Assembly: GCA_964450945.1 (NCBI GenBank) | Contig: CAYVHI010000001.1 | Coordinates: 1-63,904, forward strand | Length of the DNA stretch: 63,904 nt | From: an uncultured Rickettsiales bacterium | Lineage (GTDB): Bacteria > Pseudomonadota > Alphaproteobacteria > Rickettsiales > JABDBP01 | Direction: 5' to 3' | Shown: piece by piece, positions 10,248 through 19,795 of the stretch | Layout of the letters: each line of letters starts with the position of its first letter | Position numbering within the stretch: position 1 is the first letter of the stretch | Notes under the pieces: model-generated | Database searches by the model: none | What the model was told of the DNA's origin: nothing | Seen by the model: only the letters and a program-made list of their open reading frames with translations | Program-made: the position numbers and the translations under genes

Positions 10248-10841
10248 TTATTTAGGCCCTAAGACCATCATGAGGATCTTACCTTCCATCTTCGGCGCAC
10301 TTTCCACCTTGGCCACTTCTGCCGTATCGTTTTCCATGCGCTTTAAGAGATTAAACCCTATTTCCTGGTGGGCGATTTCCCTTCCCTTATATTTTAATGT
10401 TACTTTTACTTTATCACCATCAGCGATGAATTCTTTTATGTGGCGGATTTTCACATTGTAATCATGTATATCTATTGTCGGACGTACTTTAATTTCCTTT
10501 ATCACCACCACTTTCTGTTTTTTCTTCGCTTCTTTAGCCTTCTTCTGCATTTCGTATTTTAATTTGCCTACATCGATTATCTTGCATACCGGAGGGGCAA
10601 CATTCGGCGAAACCTCTACAAGATCAAGCCCTGCAGCTTCGGCCATCTCAAGAGCCTGTATGATAGGGACAACACCTACCATGTTGCCATTTTCATCAAT
10701 CAACCTTACTTCTTTTACTGTTATTTCCCTGTTAGAACGTGGACCGTCTGCTGTAGATTTTGCTTGCTGTCTATTACGGTCAAATTTATTGCCCGGCCTG
10801 TTTCCCTGGAATGGCGGGCGGCTGTTAAAATTAGTATTGAT
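10248..10841 (-). CDS. infC: Translation initiation factor IF-3, non-AUG start
   Basis: [39 protein letters not shown]; the frame stays open to an ATC at 10841 preceded by AGGAGG at a 5 nt spacing. Confidence 0.93.
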   Translation of the reverse strand: MNTNFNSRPPFQGNRPGNKFDRNRQQAKSTADGPRSNREITVKEVRLIDENGNMVGVVPIIQALEMAEAAGLDLVEVSPNVAPPVCKIIDVGKLKYEMQKKAKEAKKKQKVVVIKEIKVRPTIDIHDYNVKIRHIKEFIADGDKVKVTLKYKGREIAHQEIGFNLLKRMENDTAEVAKVESAPKMEGKILMMVLGPK

Positions 10842-10890
10842 ACAATCCTCCTGGGTTTATATTAAAATATAAATAAATTCATTGTGCTTT

Positions 10891-10978
10891 GCAGAAAGCG
10901 CCACATTTTTAAGAACCGGAGCCGGAGCGTACAAAGAGGTACGTGAGCACCGGAAGATTAAAAGTGTAAGCTTTATGC
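10891..10978. repeat. RPE-like palindromic element, family 1
   Basis: Arms gcagaaagc..cacatttttaa / ttaaaagtgtaagctttatgc; core ggagcgtacaaagaggtacgtgagcac. Confidence 0.7.
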
Positions 10979-10991
10979 AAAGCACAGGGAT

Positions 10992-12902
10992 TTATTCCGG
11001 CGCCTTCGCTTCGGCTGCTAATCTATCAATTGCTTCCGAAAGTGCAAGCACTTCTTGCTTTTCCGACCCCAGACGGCGAATGGAAACTTTCTTTTCTTCC
11101 ATTTCCTTTTTACCAACAACGAGCATTACTGGGATCTTTTTAAGCGAATTATCACGCACCTTGGCATTTATTTTTTCGGCACGTATATCAATTTCTGTAC
11201 GTATTCCGGCCTTCTCCAGCTCAGCTTTTACTTCTTTCGCATATGGATCAGCATCATTGGTGATAGTTGCAACAACCGCCTGTACCGGTGTTAGCCAGAG
11301 CGGAAACTTCCCTTCATAATTTTCAATCAGTATTCCTATGAACCTTTCAAAAGAGCCAAGGATTGCACGGTGCAGCATAACCGGCCTATGCTTTGCTCCA
11401 TCTTTTCCTATATATGATGCATTAAGCCTTTCAGGAAGCACAAAATCCACCTGCAAAGTCCCGCATTGCCAGTCACGCCCTATGGCATCACGCAAAACAA
11501 ATTCTAACTTAGGGCCATAGAATGCACCCTCGCCAGGATTTAGGGTATACTCCAATCCTGCTGCATGAACCGCCTGTTTCAGAGCTCCTTCTGCTCTATC
11601 CCATGTTGAATCATTGCCCGCTCTTTTTGCTGGCCTGTCAGAGAATTTTACTTTTATCTCATTAAAGCCAAGCTGCTTATATGTCTCTATCAACAATTTG
11701 CAGAAGGCCACTGTTTCAGCAGTAATCTGTTCTTCTTCACAAAATATATGCGCATCATCCTGGGTGAAACCACGAATTCTCATTATTCCATGCATTGAGC
11801 CGGAAGATTCATTCCGGTGGCAGCTACCGAATTCCGCCATACGGAGTGGCAAATCCTTATAACTTTTCAGGCCCTGATTGAAAATCTGCACATGGCAGGG
11901 GCAGTTCATTGGTTTTACTGCCAGTGTTTTATCTTCATCTGCCTGGCTTACGAACATATTCTCACGGAATTTTTCCCAGTGGCCTGATGCTTCCCATAAT
12001 GATTTATCAACCAGAACCGGGGTCTTCACTTCGATATAACCATTCCTCCTGATTTTTCTACGGATGAAATTTTCGAGTGTGCGGTAAATCGTCCAGCCCT
12101 TGTCGTGCCAGAAAATCATGCCTGGCGAATGTTCTTCGATATGAAAAAGTTCCATCTCCTTGCCGATTTTACGGTGATCACGCTTGTCAGCTTCCTCCAG
12201 CATGGTTAGGTATTGTTTTAGCTGTTTTTCATCTGCCCAGGCAGTGCCGTATATTCTTTGCAGCATTTCATTTTTCGAATCACCACGCCAGTATGCGCCT
12301 GCCACCTTCATCAGCTTGAAAAATTTTATCTTGCCGGTGGATGGCGCGTGCGGACCGGTGCAAAGATCAATGAAATTACCTTGCCGGTATAGCGATATTT
12401 CTTCATTCGCAGGAATGCCCTGAATGATTTCCGCTTTATATTTTTCACCCTGGGAAGAAAAGAATTTTACTGCTTCATCACGGTTCCATACTTCTCTTGT
12501 CAGTTTTTCATCACGCTTAACTATTTCATGCATCCTGGCTTCAATCTTTGCCAGGTCTTCGGTGGTGAATGGCTCTTTCCTCGAAAAATCATAATAGAAA
12601 CCATTCTCTATTGCGGGGCCAATGGTAACCTGTGTTTCAGGCCATAATTCTTTTACTGCTTCTGCCATTATATGGGCTGCATCATGGCGGATAAGTTCCA
12701 GGCCATCCGCATCTTTTCCGGTGATTATGGCAATAGCCGCATCTCCTTCGATAACCCTTGCAAGGTCACGCAACTCTCCATTCACACGAATAGCGAGCGC
12801 GGCTTTGGCAAGGCCAGCACCTATGCTTTCAGCAATCTGCATACCTGTCGTACCGGCTGGGTACTGGCGCGTGCTTTTATCTGGTAATGTAATAGTAATC
12901 AT
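10992..12902 (-). CDS. thrS: Threonyl-tRNA synthetase
   Basis: [49 protein letters not shown]. Confidence 0.98.
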   Translation of the reverse strand: MITITLPDKSTRQYPAGTTGMQIAESIGAGLAKAALAIRVNGELRDLARVIEGDAAIAIITGKDADGLELIRHDAAHIMAEAVKELWPETQVTIGPAIENGFYYDFSRKEPFTTEDLAKIEARMHEIVKRDEKLTREVWNRDEAVKFFSSQGEKYKAEIIQGIPANEEISLYRQGNFIDLCTGPHAPSTGKIKFFKLMKVAGAYWRGDSKNEMLQRIYGTAWADEKQLKQYLTMLEEADKRDHRKIGKEMELFHIEEHSPGMIFWHDKGWTIYRTLENFIRRKIRRNGYIEVKTPVLVDKSLWEASGHWEKFRENMFVSQADEDKTLAVKPMNCPCHVQIFNQGLKSYKDLPLRMAEFGSCHRNESSGSMHGIMRIRGFTQDDAHIFCEEEQITAETVAFCKLLIETYKQLGFNEIKVKFSDRPAKRAGNDSTWDRAEGALKQAVHAAGLEYTLNPGEGAFYGPKLEFVLRDAIGRDWQCGTLQVDFVLPERLNASYIGKDGAKHRPVMLHRAILGSFERFIGILIENYEGKFPLWLTPVQAVVATITNDADPYAKEVKAELEKAGIRTEIDIRAEKINAKVRDNSLKKIPVMLVVGKKEMEEKKVSIRRLGSEKQEVLALSEAIDRLAAEAKAPE

Positions 12903-12971
12903 AACGGCAGAATGTAATGGTAGAGCGGTCATAATGCAATATCTTCTAGTTATGTGAAGTTAGTAAACTTC

Positions 12972-13037
12972 GCCAGCCATGAGCGTGCGAAGCACCGTTT
13001 CATTGAAAATTTAGCAAAATTTTCTAAGAAACTACCG
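12972..13037 (+). repeat. Short repeat, family 2 (intergenic copy)
   Basis: gccagccatgagcgtgcgaagcac followed by hairpin gaaaattt-agca-aaattttc; same layout as the inserts in ubiD and thiC. Confidence 0.55.
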
Positions 13038-13052
13038 AATGGGTATAAAAAT

Positions 13053-13433
13053 TTAATCTTCTTCACTGTCGAGAAGTTCCTTCAGTGTCTCCTGCCATCC
13101 CATGGGGGTAAGAGTAACGTATACAACGCCTTTTGAAAGTTCGTTGTATAGCTTCTTTATATCTTCTGCGCTCTCCTCTTTATATTCGAGCAGATCTTTT
13201 TCAGTGAATTTCTTTATGGCCTTTCCCTGAGTATTCTTTACAGCAATGTTTTTCATAACGCCGCCACGCCTTGCTGCCATGACAAGGAAGGCGGTTGGCA
13301 CATCAACCTGTAAGTCCTCAAAAGAAAGCATGCTGCCGCCAGCCAGAACTTTCTTCACCTGCTCCTTTATGAAGGCATTTGCCTTATCGTCTAACCCGGC
13401 AAGGTAGACGTTTATGATTTCATAATCTTCCAT
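13053..13433 (-). CDS. Hypothetical protein
   Basis: Likely start MEDYEIINVY, just after the glycosyltransferase stop. Confidence 0.6.
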   Translation of the reverse strand: MEDYEIINVYLAGLDDKANAFIKEQVKKVLAGGSMLSFEDLQVDVPTAFLVMAARRGGVMKNIAVKNTQGKAIKKFTEKDLLEYKEESAEDIKKLYNELSKGVVYVTLTPMGWQETLKELLDSEED

Positions 13434-13440
13434 GTTTACA

Positions 13441-14598
13441 TTATTGCAAAACTTCCATGTATACGGAAATAGTTTTTTCAAACATTTGCTTAAGGGAATA
13501 GTTCTGCCTTACAAACTGTTTGGCTTTTTCGGTAATTTTGCGCCGTTCTGATTCATTCATGTTAAGAACTTTATCCAATGTTTCCGCCAGTTGTTTTGGA
13601 TCATTAGGTTCTACGAGAAACCCTGTTTTTCCATCTTGTATTGTTTCTTTCGCGCCGCCGATATTGGTGGCAATGCAAATCCTTTCCATGCTTGCGGCCT
13701 CTATAGGTATGCGGCCAAAAGCCTCAGGCTCGGTTGAAGGTGAAACCACAACGCTTGCCAGCGCATAAACCGAGGGCATATCATTCACCCCCCCAACAAA
13801 CCAGCAGTTATTGGTAAGTCCCATTTGTTTTATTTTTTTCTGCAATTCTTTCATGTATTTTGTGTGCGAACCCTCCTTGCCAACAAAAAGACAGCAGAAA
13901 TTCTTATGCGGCATCATGTGTAGAGCGTCGATAACGAATTTATGTCCCTTCCAGCGGCTTATGCGGGCTGGCATCATTATTATCGGCACTTCTTCAGGCA
14001 GGTTCCAGGCACGGGTGAGTTTAATTATTCTTTCAGGGTTTATATTATCTGGGTTGAAGTAATCGAAATCCACTCCGCGCGGTATTGTCCTGATTCTTTT
14101 CTCAGATACATGGTAATTTTTCTTTATATGTTCCTCTATGAATTCAGAGATGGCTATCACAGGCTTTCCTTTAACCATTATGGAATTATACTTATGCTTC
14201 CATTTTCCGCCGTTTTTATAGACTCCGTGGAATGTCGTAATGAATTCTATTCCAGTGCGGATGGAAGCAAAATAAGCGCTCCAGGCTGGTGCACGTGAGC
14301 GTGCGTGGATAATATCAACCTTTTCATTCCTTATTATTTTCTCAAGCCTTCTTATGTTGCGCCAGATAGTGAAGGGATTTTTACTATCAAGTGGCAAAGT
14401 GAAATGTTCCGCTCCGGCACGTTTCAATTCTATCTGTAAATAGCCACCGGCAGATGCCACAAGCGAGCGGAAGCCTTCTTTTGCGGCCGCACGGGCAATA
14501 TCAACAGTGCCGCGCTCAACACCGCCGGATTCAAGGTTAGGAAGCACCTGCAATAAAACGGGTTGTTTACTTTCTGATTTTTTCTTACTATCGATCAC
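13441..14598 (-). CDS. Glycosyltransferase family 4
   Basis: LQVLP.LESGGVERGT, HARSRAPAW, PEAFGRIPIEA.S (EX7E region). Confidence 0.93.
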   Translation of the reverse strand: MIDSKKKSESKQPVLLQVLPNLESGGVERGTVDIARAAAKEGFRSLVASAGGYLQIELKRAGAEHFTLPLDSKNPFTIWRNIRRLEKIIRNEKVDIIHARSRAPAWSAYFASIRTGIEFITTFHGVYKNGGKWKHKYNSIMVKGKPVIAISEFIEEHIKKNYHVSEKRIRTIPRGVDFDYFNPDNINPERIIKLTRAWNLPEEVPIIMMPARISRWKGHKFVIDALHMMPHKNFCCLFVGKEGSHTKYMKELQKKIKQMGLTNNCWFVGGVNDMPSVYALASVVVSPSTEPEAFGRIPIEAASMERICIATNIGGAKETIQDGKTGFLVEPNDPKQLAETLDKVLNMNESERRKITEKAKQFVRQNYSLKQMFEKTISVYMEVLQ

Positions 14599-14637
14599 AA
14601 TGTTATTTTCGAAAAACTTAAGAGTAACTTAACCGAA

Positions 14638-15393
14638 GTGAAGAAAAAAATCCAACCTTCTTATTTGAAAACTTCTTATGGCGCAAAACTTGCCTATCAC
14701 CATTATGAAGGTAAGAAAAATTCGCCAGGCATAATTTTTCTGGGCGGTTTTCTTTCCGATATGAACGGCACAAAAGCGATAACGCTGGATAAGTTCTGCC
14801 GGAAAAACAAAATCACCTTCACCCGCTTTGATTATAGGGGGCACGGCGAAAGTTCAGGAAAATTCGAGGAAGGGTCAATAGGTGATTGGCTTAAGGATGC
14901 TACCGAAATTTTTGACAAAATAACAAAAGGAAAAACGATAATCGTCGGCTCTTCAATGGGCGGCTGGATAGGATTGCTGTTGGCATTAAAAAGAAAATCC
15001 CTCATAGCCGCATTTGTCGGTATTGCCGCCGCGCCTGATTTTACCGAATATCTTATATGGAATAATCTTGATAAAAAAACCAGAGATGAAATCAGGACAA
15101 AGGGCGTAAAAATGTTCCCGAGCGATTGGTGCGGGACTTACCCAATCACATATAAACTTATAACTGATGGCAGAAAAAACCTGCTTCTCCACAAAAAAAT
15201 CCCGCTCGCCTGCCCAGCGCGCCTTATCCAGGGAATGAAAGATGAAGAAGTTCCATGGCAGAATGCCCTGAGGCTTGCTGACCAGATAACCTCCAAAGAT
15301 ACACAAATAATCTTCCAGAAAAACGGTGACCACAGAATGAGTGAGAAGGAAGATTTAGAACTTTTATACAGTGTAATTGAAGGCCTAACTTGA
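14638..15393 (+). CDS. Alpha/beta hydrolase
   Basis: GSSMGG nucleophile elbow, RFDYRGHGES, IQG.KDEEVP, GDHRMS. Confidence 0.92.
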   Translation: MKKKIQPSYLKTSYGAKLAYHHYEGKKNSPGIIFLGGFLSDMNGTKAITLDKFCRKNKITFTRFDYRGHGESSGKFEEGSIGDWLKDATEIFDKITKGKTIIVGSSMGGWIGLLLALKRKSLIAAFVGIAAAPDFTEYLIWNNLDKKTRDEIRTKGVKMFPSDWCGTYPITYKLITDGRKNLLLHKKIPLACPARLIQGMKDEEVPWQNALRLADQITSKDTQIIFQKNGDHRMSEKEDLELLYSVIEGLT

Positions 15394-15468
15394 CTACAAT
15401 AAGTTAGAAATGTATTTATGTGCGAAAATTCATAGAAATCGACCGCATAAATACATTTTAGAGATATT

Positions 15469-16629
15469 ATGAAACCAACAGCAAAACCAAAGAACCCATG
15501 TTTCTCATCCGGCCCATGTGCAAAGCGCCCGGGCTGGAGCATTGATGCATTAAAATCAGCGGCCACCGGTCTTTCCCACCGTGGCAAAACCGGCAAGGCA
15601 AAACTTGCCGAAGTTATAGATTTATCTAAAAAAATATTAGGAATTCCTTCGGATTACCATTTAGGAATCGTACCTGCATCTGATACCGGAGCGGTTGAAA
15701 TGGCTATGTGGAACCTGCTTGGTGAACGCGGCGTTGATATTGTTGCGTTTGAATCTTTTGGTTCTGGCTGGGCTGGCGATGCAGAGAAACAATTAAAAAT
15801 AAAAGATTTAAAAGTTCATAAAGCGGATTACGGAAAACTGCCTGATTTATCAAAAGTTGATACAAACCGTGATGTGGTTTTCACATGGAACGGCACCACA
15901 TCAGGCGTTCGTATACCAAATGCTGATTGGATAAAAGATGACAGGCAGGGTTTAACCATATGCGATGCGACATCCGCGGTTTTCGCCATGGAACTTCCAT
16001 GGAAAAAACTGGATGTGGTTACCTATTCATGGCAGAAGGCGATGGGCGGTGAAGCCGCTCACGGCATTTTAATTTTATCTCCGCGCGCAGTACAACGCTT
16101 GGAAACATACAAGCCGGCATGGCCACTACCAAAGATTTTCCAGCTTACCAAAGGCGGAAAATTAATTGATGGAATTTTTAAAGGTGAAACCATAAACACT
16201 CCTTCAATGCTTTGCGTTGAAGATGCTATTGATGGCCTGAAATGGGCTGAAAAAATCGGTGGCCAGAAAGAGCTCATCCGCCGCAGCGAAGCAAACCTTA
16301 AAGTACTTTCTGACTGGGTGGCAAAATCCTCATGGATAAAATTTTTGGCAGAGGACCCGAAAACAATTTCATGCACATCAGTATGCTTCAAGATTGTTGA
16401 TGGGTGGTATACATCTTTAGGTGTTGAAGATCAGGCTGCCAAGGCAAAAGAGCTTACATCAATCCTAGAGAAAGAAGGTGTGGCTTATGATATCGGCGCT
16501 TACCGTGATGCGCCTCCCGGAATCCGCATCTGGGCCGGTTCAACTGTTGAAACTTCTGATGTTCAGGTACTCACTAGCTGGCTCGACTGGGCATTCACTC
16601 AGGTGAAAGATAAAGCGAAAGCGGCTTAA
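15469..16629 (+). CDS. serC: Phosphoserine aminotransferase
   Basis: [48 protein letters not shown]. Confidence 0.96.
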   Translation: MKPTAKPKNPCFSSGPCAKRPGWSIDALKSAATGLSHRGKTGKAKLAEVIDLSKKILGIPSDYHLGIVPASDTGAVEMAMWNLLGERGVDIVAFESFGSGWAGDAEKQLKIKDLKVHKADYGKLPDLSKVDTNRDVVFTWNGTTSGVRIPNADWIKDDRQGLTICDATSAVFAMELPWKKLDVVTYSWQKAMGGEAAHGILILSPRAVQRLETYKPAWPLPKIFQLTKGGKLIDGIFKGETINTPSMLCVEDAIDGLKWAEKIGGQKELIRRSEANLKVLSDWVAKSSWIKFLAEDPKTISCTSVCFKIVDGWYTSLGVEDQAAKAKELTSILEKEGVAYDIGAYRDAPPGIRIWAGSTVETSDVQVLTSWLDWAFTQVKDKAKAA

Positions 16630-16732
16630 AACTTAAGAATATCCTTATAAATCAATATATTATATTTAGTATACTGTAATAAACCTGTAATCTTAGTGGG
16701 TTATAATGATAAGTACATCATACCCCAAAGGT

Positions 16733-16837
16733 TATAGAACAATACAGTTCTGAAAAAAAACACTGCAACAAGTTATGCCGAAAGGCTAAAAGGCTTTAAG
16801 AGCCTCTTGTAAAGCAGATGAACTGTAATGTTCTATA
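16733..16837 (+). ncRNA. Structured 5' leader of cassette 1
   Basis: Arms tatagaacaatacagttc / gaactgtaatgttctata enclose nested stems ctgc/gcag and acaag/cttgt plus hairpins gcc-gaaa-ggc and aggct-ttaag-agcct. Confidence 0.55.
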
Positions 16838-16865
16838 TACCCTCCGGAAAAAAAGGAGGTGTATG

Positions 16866-17315
16866 ATGGCCCGCAAGAAGAAGGAAAAACCTGACCGGAA
16901 GCCAGACCCAAAGCCAGAGGCGCTGCCGCCACCCGAAGAAATCAAGGTGAAAATCAAATCGAAGATGACAGGCAACATCTTCGGTGAGACGCCGGTCTAC
17001 AAATGGCCGGAGAAGCCTGAGAACTGGCGGATGGATTGGCCGCCAGAGCGCCAAAAGGTCGACATGGCAACAGAGTTCCTTACCTTTGAACTCGTCGGCC
17101 TGCCAGAAGGTGTTCGCGGTGAAGGGGCAGCCAACTGGTTCAAACTGAAGGGAAAGGTTAATAAACCCTTCACGCTGGTGGTGATTAGGCTCGGTCAGTC
17201 ACCAAACTGCGGAGAGGTGCTGTTAGAGAAAAAGTTCGAGGTCGGTAACATCGAATTCAAGCACTCTTTCTCCTACGCCATGCAACTGCTAGAGATCACC
17301 TATACCTTCGCCTAA
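16866..17315 (+). CDS. Cassette ORF, hypothetical (149 aa)
   Basis: Preceded by aggaggtgtatgATG and followed by a hairpin at 17337..17372. Confidence 0.7.
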   Translation: MARKKKEKPDRKPDPKPEALPPPEEIKVKIKSKMTGNIFGETPVYKWPEKPENWRMDWPPERQKVDMATEFLTFELVGLPEGVRGEGAANWFKLKGKVNKPFTLVVIRLGQSPNCGEVLLEKKFEVGNIEFKHSFSYAMQLLEITYTFA

Positions 17316-17413
17316 GGTGTAAGTGAAAAACCAACCGACCTCCCACACTAAAGCCAATAGTGTGGGAAGGCCGGGCGGTAAATTCAGAAAATCTCCCATA
17401 AAACCCCCTACAT

Positions 17414-17429
17414 TTAACAAAACCTTAAC
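17414..17429 (+). promoter_or_regulatory. CtrA-type box of cassette 2
   Basis: ttaacaaaaccttaac, with a -10-like tattat 22 nt downstream. Confidence 0.6.
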
Positions 17430-17482
17430 ACTATATCTCCCTAATTTTTGGTATTATTCAGGCTCGCCCTACCATTTCAACT

Positions 17483-17627
17483 GGTTACAGAACTTTAAAT
17501 TTTGTTCTTTTCATCTCAAACATAGCTGGCCATCGGCCATAGCAACAAACCACGGCTTAAACATTGCCCTAGGTTTTGCGTCGCTATGATTTTTGAGTAA
17601 AAGAACAAAATTTAAAGTTCTGTGACC
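17483..17627 (+). ncRNA. Structured 5' leader of cassette 2
   Basis: 29-bp closing stem ggttacagaactttaaattttgttctttt / aaaagaacaaaatttaaagttctgtgacc (one G-U pair); inner catagc/gctatg multibranch. Confidence 0.65.
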
Positions 17628-17646
17628 CAAGCTGGGAGTCAGTTCG

Positions 17647-17949
17647 ATGACCGAGATCAAGGACATCTTCGTGGGCTGGGTCGGCGGGTCTGTGGCCTTC
17701 AGCCACCACGGCAAGAGCGGTACCTACACCGCGACCGCGACGTACTACGACGGCGGCGAGATGAAGCACACGTGGGTGGGCAAGGACGAGAAGTCCCCCC
17801 ACCAGCAGCACTGCTTCCCGATGTACCGTCCGCTCGGCAACGAGAAGCCGGGCGAGCCGAACCTCGGCGGCGGCATCGTCAGCGTCAAGGTGACGGACGA
17901 GGCCGGGGTGGTGGTCCTCGAGTTCGACGCGACGAAGAGCGGCATCTGA
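17647..17949 (+). CDS. Cassette ORF, hypothetical beta-rich protein (100 aa)
   Basis: Codons almost all end in G/C; nested terminator at 17963..18013. Confidence 0.75.
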   Translation: MTEIKDIFVGWVGGSVAFSHHGKSGTYTATATYYDGGEMKHTWVGKDEKSPHQQHCFPMYRPLGNEKPGEPNLGGGIVSVKVTDEAGVVVLEFDATKSGI

Positions 17950-18042
17950 TCTGAATGAACGATAACCCCGTCTGTACAAGCTTCCATAGTAAGGAAGAAG
18001 TACAGCGGGGTTAGGCGTTTTAAAGCCCTGCATCTCCTACAT

Positions 18043-18087
18043 TTCATAAAACCTTAACTTTATTAAAACCCCTAGATTTGCTATAAT
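18043..18087 (+). promoter_or_regulatory. CtrA-like box plus -10 of cassette 3
   Basis: ttcataaaaccttaac followed 23 nt later by tataat (gctataat). Confidence 0.55.
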
Positions 18088-18203
18088 TTCCGCTTCAATC
18101 ACATTGCAGGATGCAAGTGTAAGCCTGGCGGGAAAATAGGCACCCACCAGTTCCCTATAGTTTTGTGTAACTTTGAGTTCGCCCTGAAAGAGAAGGTGTT
18201 TCA

Positions 18204-18431
18204 GTGAAGGTCGAAAGGAAGTTCAGTGTCACCGTCACGTACGATGACACCAGCGAAACGGCCCACGTCACGGGCTACCACACCAAGCCGTTCTGTGTCG
18301 CCATCATGAAGGGCCGCGCTAACCTGGCCACCAAGCGCTACCCCGCCAACCAGAACCACGATGACTACTTCAAGGTCGAGACGGCCCCGAAGGAGTCGGA
18401 GATCACCATCGTGATCTACGAATCCAGGTAG
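18204..18431 (+). CDS. Cassette ORF, hypothetical (75 aa)
   Basis: GTG start after agaaggtg; GC-rich codons; strong hairpin at 18436..18483. Confidence 0.7.
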   Translation: MKVERKFSVTVTYDDTSETAHVTGYHTKPFCVAIMKGRANLATKRYPANQNHDDYFKVETAPKESEITIVIYESR

Positions 18432-18484
18432 TCAATCTACCGGCTTCCTGCTGCCAAGCCTTAAGGCAGCAGGGGCCGGTGGAT

Positions 18485-18559
18485 TTAACAAAACCTTAAC
18501 ACTAAAAAACCCTAAAATACTATATAATCTGCGGTTCATCGTACCCTCGGGTTATAGAA
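18485..18559 (+). promoter_or_regulatory. CtrA box, -10 and leader start of cassette 4 (repeat copy 1)
   Basis: ttaacaaaaccttaac...tataat; 18496..18559 is identical to 19100..19163 (64 bp). Confidence 0.7.
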
Positions 18560-18670
18560 GTCTTTCTTCTTTCAAAATCACATCATGAGCAAGCCTAGCA
18601 AAGGTTGCCTGGAATGTGTTGAAGAACAGATTATCTATAAGCCCGCGAAGAGAAAGTCAGGAGGTGTATG

Positions 18671-19006
18671 ATGGAACTGTTCAACGGGCACGGCATCATG
18701 GTGACCGACAATGGCAAGAACATCGTCATCAAGGTCACCGGCAGCACCGCCAAGGTGGCGATCACCCCGCAGTTCATCGGCTACTACGTCGATGAGCCGC
18801 CACGGGCGATCATGATGCCCAAGTGCCAGCCCGTCACCGTTACCGGGAACGACATCGGAACGCTCACCGTCATCCTGCCCAAGGTCAGGGTGGAGACGGT
18901 CATCGGCACGGACGATGGCAAGAAGTCGGTCCGCCCGGTGATGACGGCCCTGATGCTGGAGATGCCGCAGGAAACCAAGTACTTGAGCATCGAGGAAGAC
19001 AACTAA
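18671..19006 (+). CDS. Cassette ORF, hypothetical beta-rich protein
   Basis: aggaggtgtatgATG; GC-rich codons; terminator at 19019..19064. Confidence 0.75.
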   Translation: MELFNGHGIMVTDNGKNIVIKVTGSTAKVAITPQFIGYYVDEPPRAIMMPKCQPVTVTGNDIGTLTVILPKVRVETVIGTDDGKKSVRPVMTALMLEMPQETKYLSIEEDN

Positions 19007-19088
19007 GCAGTAAATGATAACCCCCTTTCATACCTTCGTAGGTATGTCGCCTCAGGGGGTTTTTCATTTTAAAAAACTCCCTGCCCTT

Positions 19089-19163
19089 TTAACAAAACTT
19101 TAACACTAAAAAACCCTAAAATACTATATAATCTGCGGTTCATCGTACCCTCGGGTTATAGAA
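19089..19163 (+). promoter_or_regulatory. CtrA box, -10 and leader start of cassette 5 (repeat copy 2)
   Basis: ttaacaaaactttaac plus the 64-bp block identical to cassette 4. Confidence 0.7.
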
Positions 19164-19275
19164 CCACCGTTCTCCAAAACATACCACACTGTGCTACATA
19201 ACTTCGTGAGTTATGGCTGAAGTGTCGGTTGGAGGCGACCTCTATACCTGTGAAAAGAGAGTTAGGAGGTGTATG

Positions 19276-19605
19276 ATGAAGCTGCGCTACGAGATGCCCG
19301 TCGAGCACCTGAGCTACAGCGTCGAGATCGAGGCGAAGAGGGTGAGCGACTGGGTGGACGAGATCATCGTCACCATCGACTGCAGCAAGAGCGCGCAGGA
19401 CGTGTGGGTGCGGATCAGGATCCTCGGCGACGGCGTGGCCACGGTCTACTGCCGGGGTCACCAGAGCACCCGCAAGGTCCTGACCCTGGACAGCTTCAAC
19501 GACAACAGCAGCACGCCGCTCATCATCGGCGGCACGATCATCATCAAGGAGATGGAGATCGAGGAGACGAGCGGTGAGATCTTCAGGATGGAGTACAAGT
19601 ACTAG
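19276..19605 (+). CDS. Cassette ORF, hypothetical beta-rich protein (109 aa)
   Basis: aggaggtgtatgATG; GC-rich codons; terminator at 19617..19665. Confidence 0.75.
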   Translation: MKLRYEMPVEHLSYSVEIEAKRVSDWVDEIIVTIDCSKSAQDVWVRIRILGDGVATVYCRGHQSTRKVLTLDSFNDNSSTPLIIGGTIIIKEMEIEETSGEIFRMEYKY

Positions 19606-19616
19606 TAGAAAATAAG

Positions 19617-19665
19617 AACCCCCCTATTACACCGCGCAAGGTGTATCGCCCAAGGGGGGTTTTTT
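19617..19665 (+). terminator. Intrinsic terminator with bulged inner hairpin
   Basis: aacccccc..tacacc-loop-ggtgta-tcgcc..ggggggtttttt; homologous to 19019..19064. Confidence 0.7.
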
Positions 19666-19701
19666 AACGCTTTGTTTTTTCTATTAATTTTCTTAAAAAA
19701 A

Positions 19702-19745
19702 CTGTCATAAAACGTACTTAAAAAGGTCATAATTCCGTCATAAAA
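19702..19745 (+). promoter_or_regulatory. Pho-box-like direct repeats
   Basis: GTCAT at 19704, 19726 and 19737 (11-bp phasing); the first reads CTGTCATAAAA. Confidence 0.45.
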
Positions 19746-19795
19746 TAATGCTACATTTTAGTATCATATACTAAGATTAAGGGAGTAATGAAGTT

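Noticed and set aside
16733-17627. Retron msr-msd
   Set aside because: The long inverted arms resemble a1/a2, but no reverse transcriptase is adjacent or anywhere in the window.
17622-19577. Alternative-frame ORFs over cassette genes (17622..17954, 18823..19017, 19269..19577)
   Set aside because: Arg/His/Gly-rich by-products of GC3-biased codons; the chosen frames have the strong RBSs.
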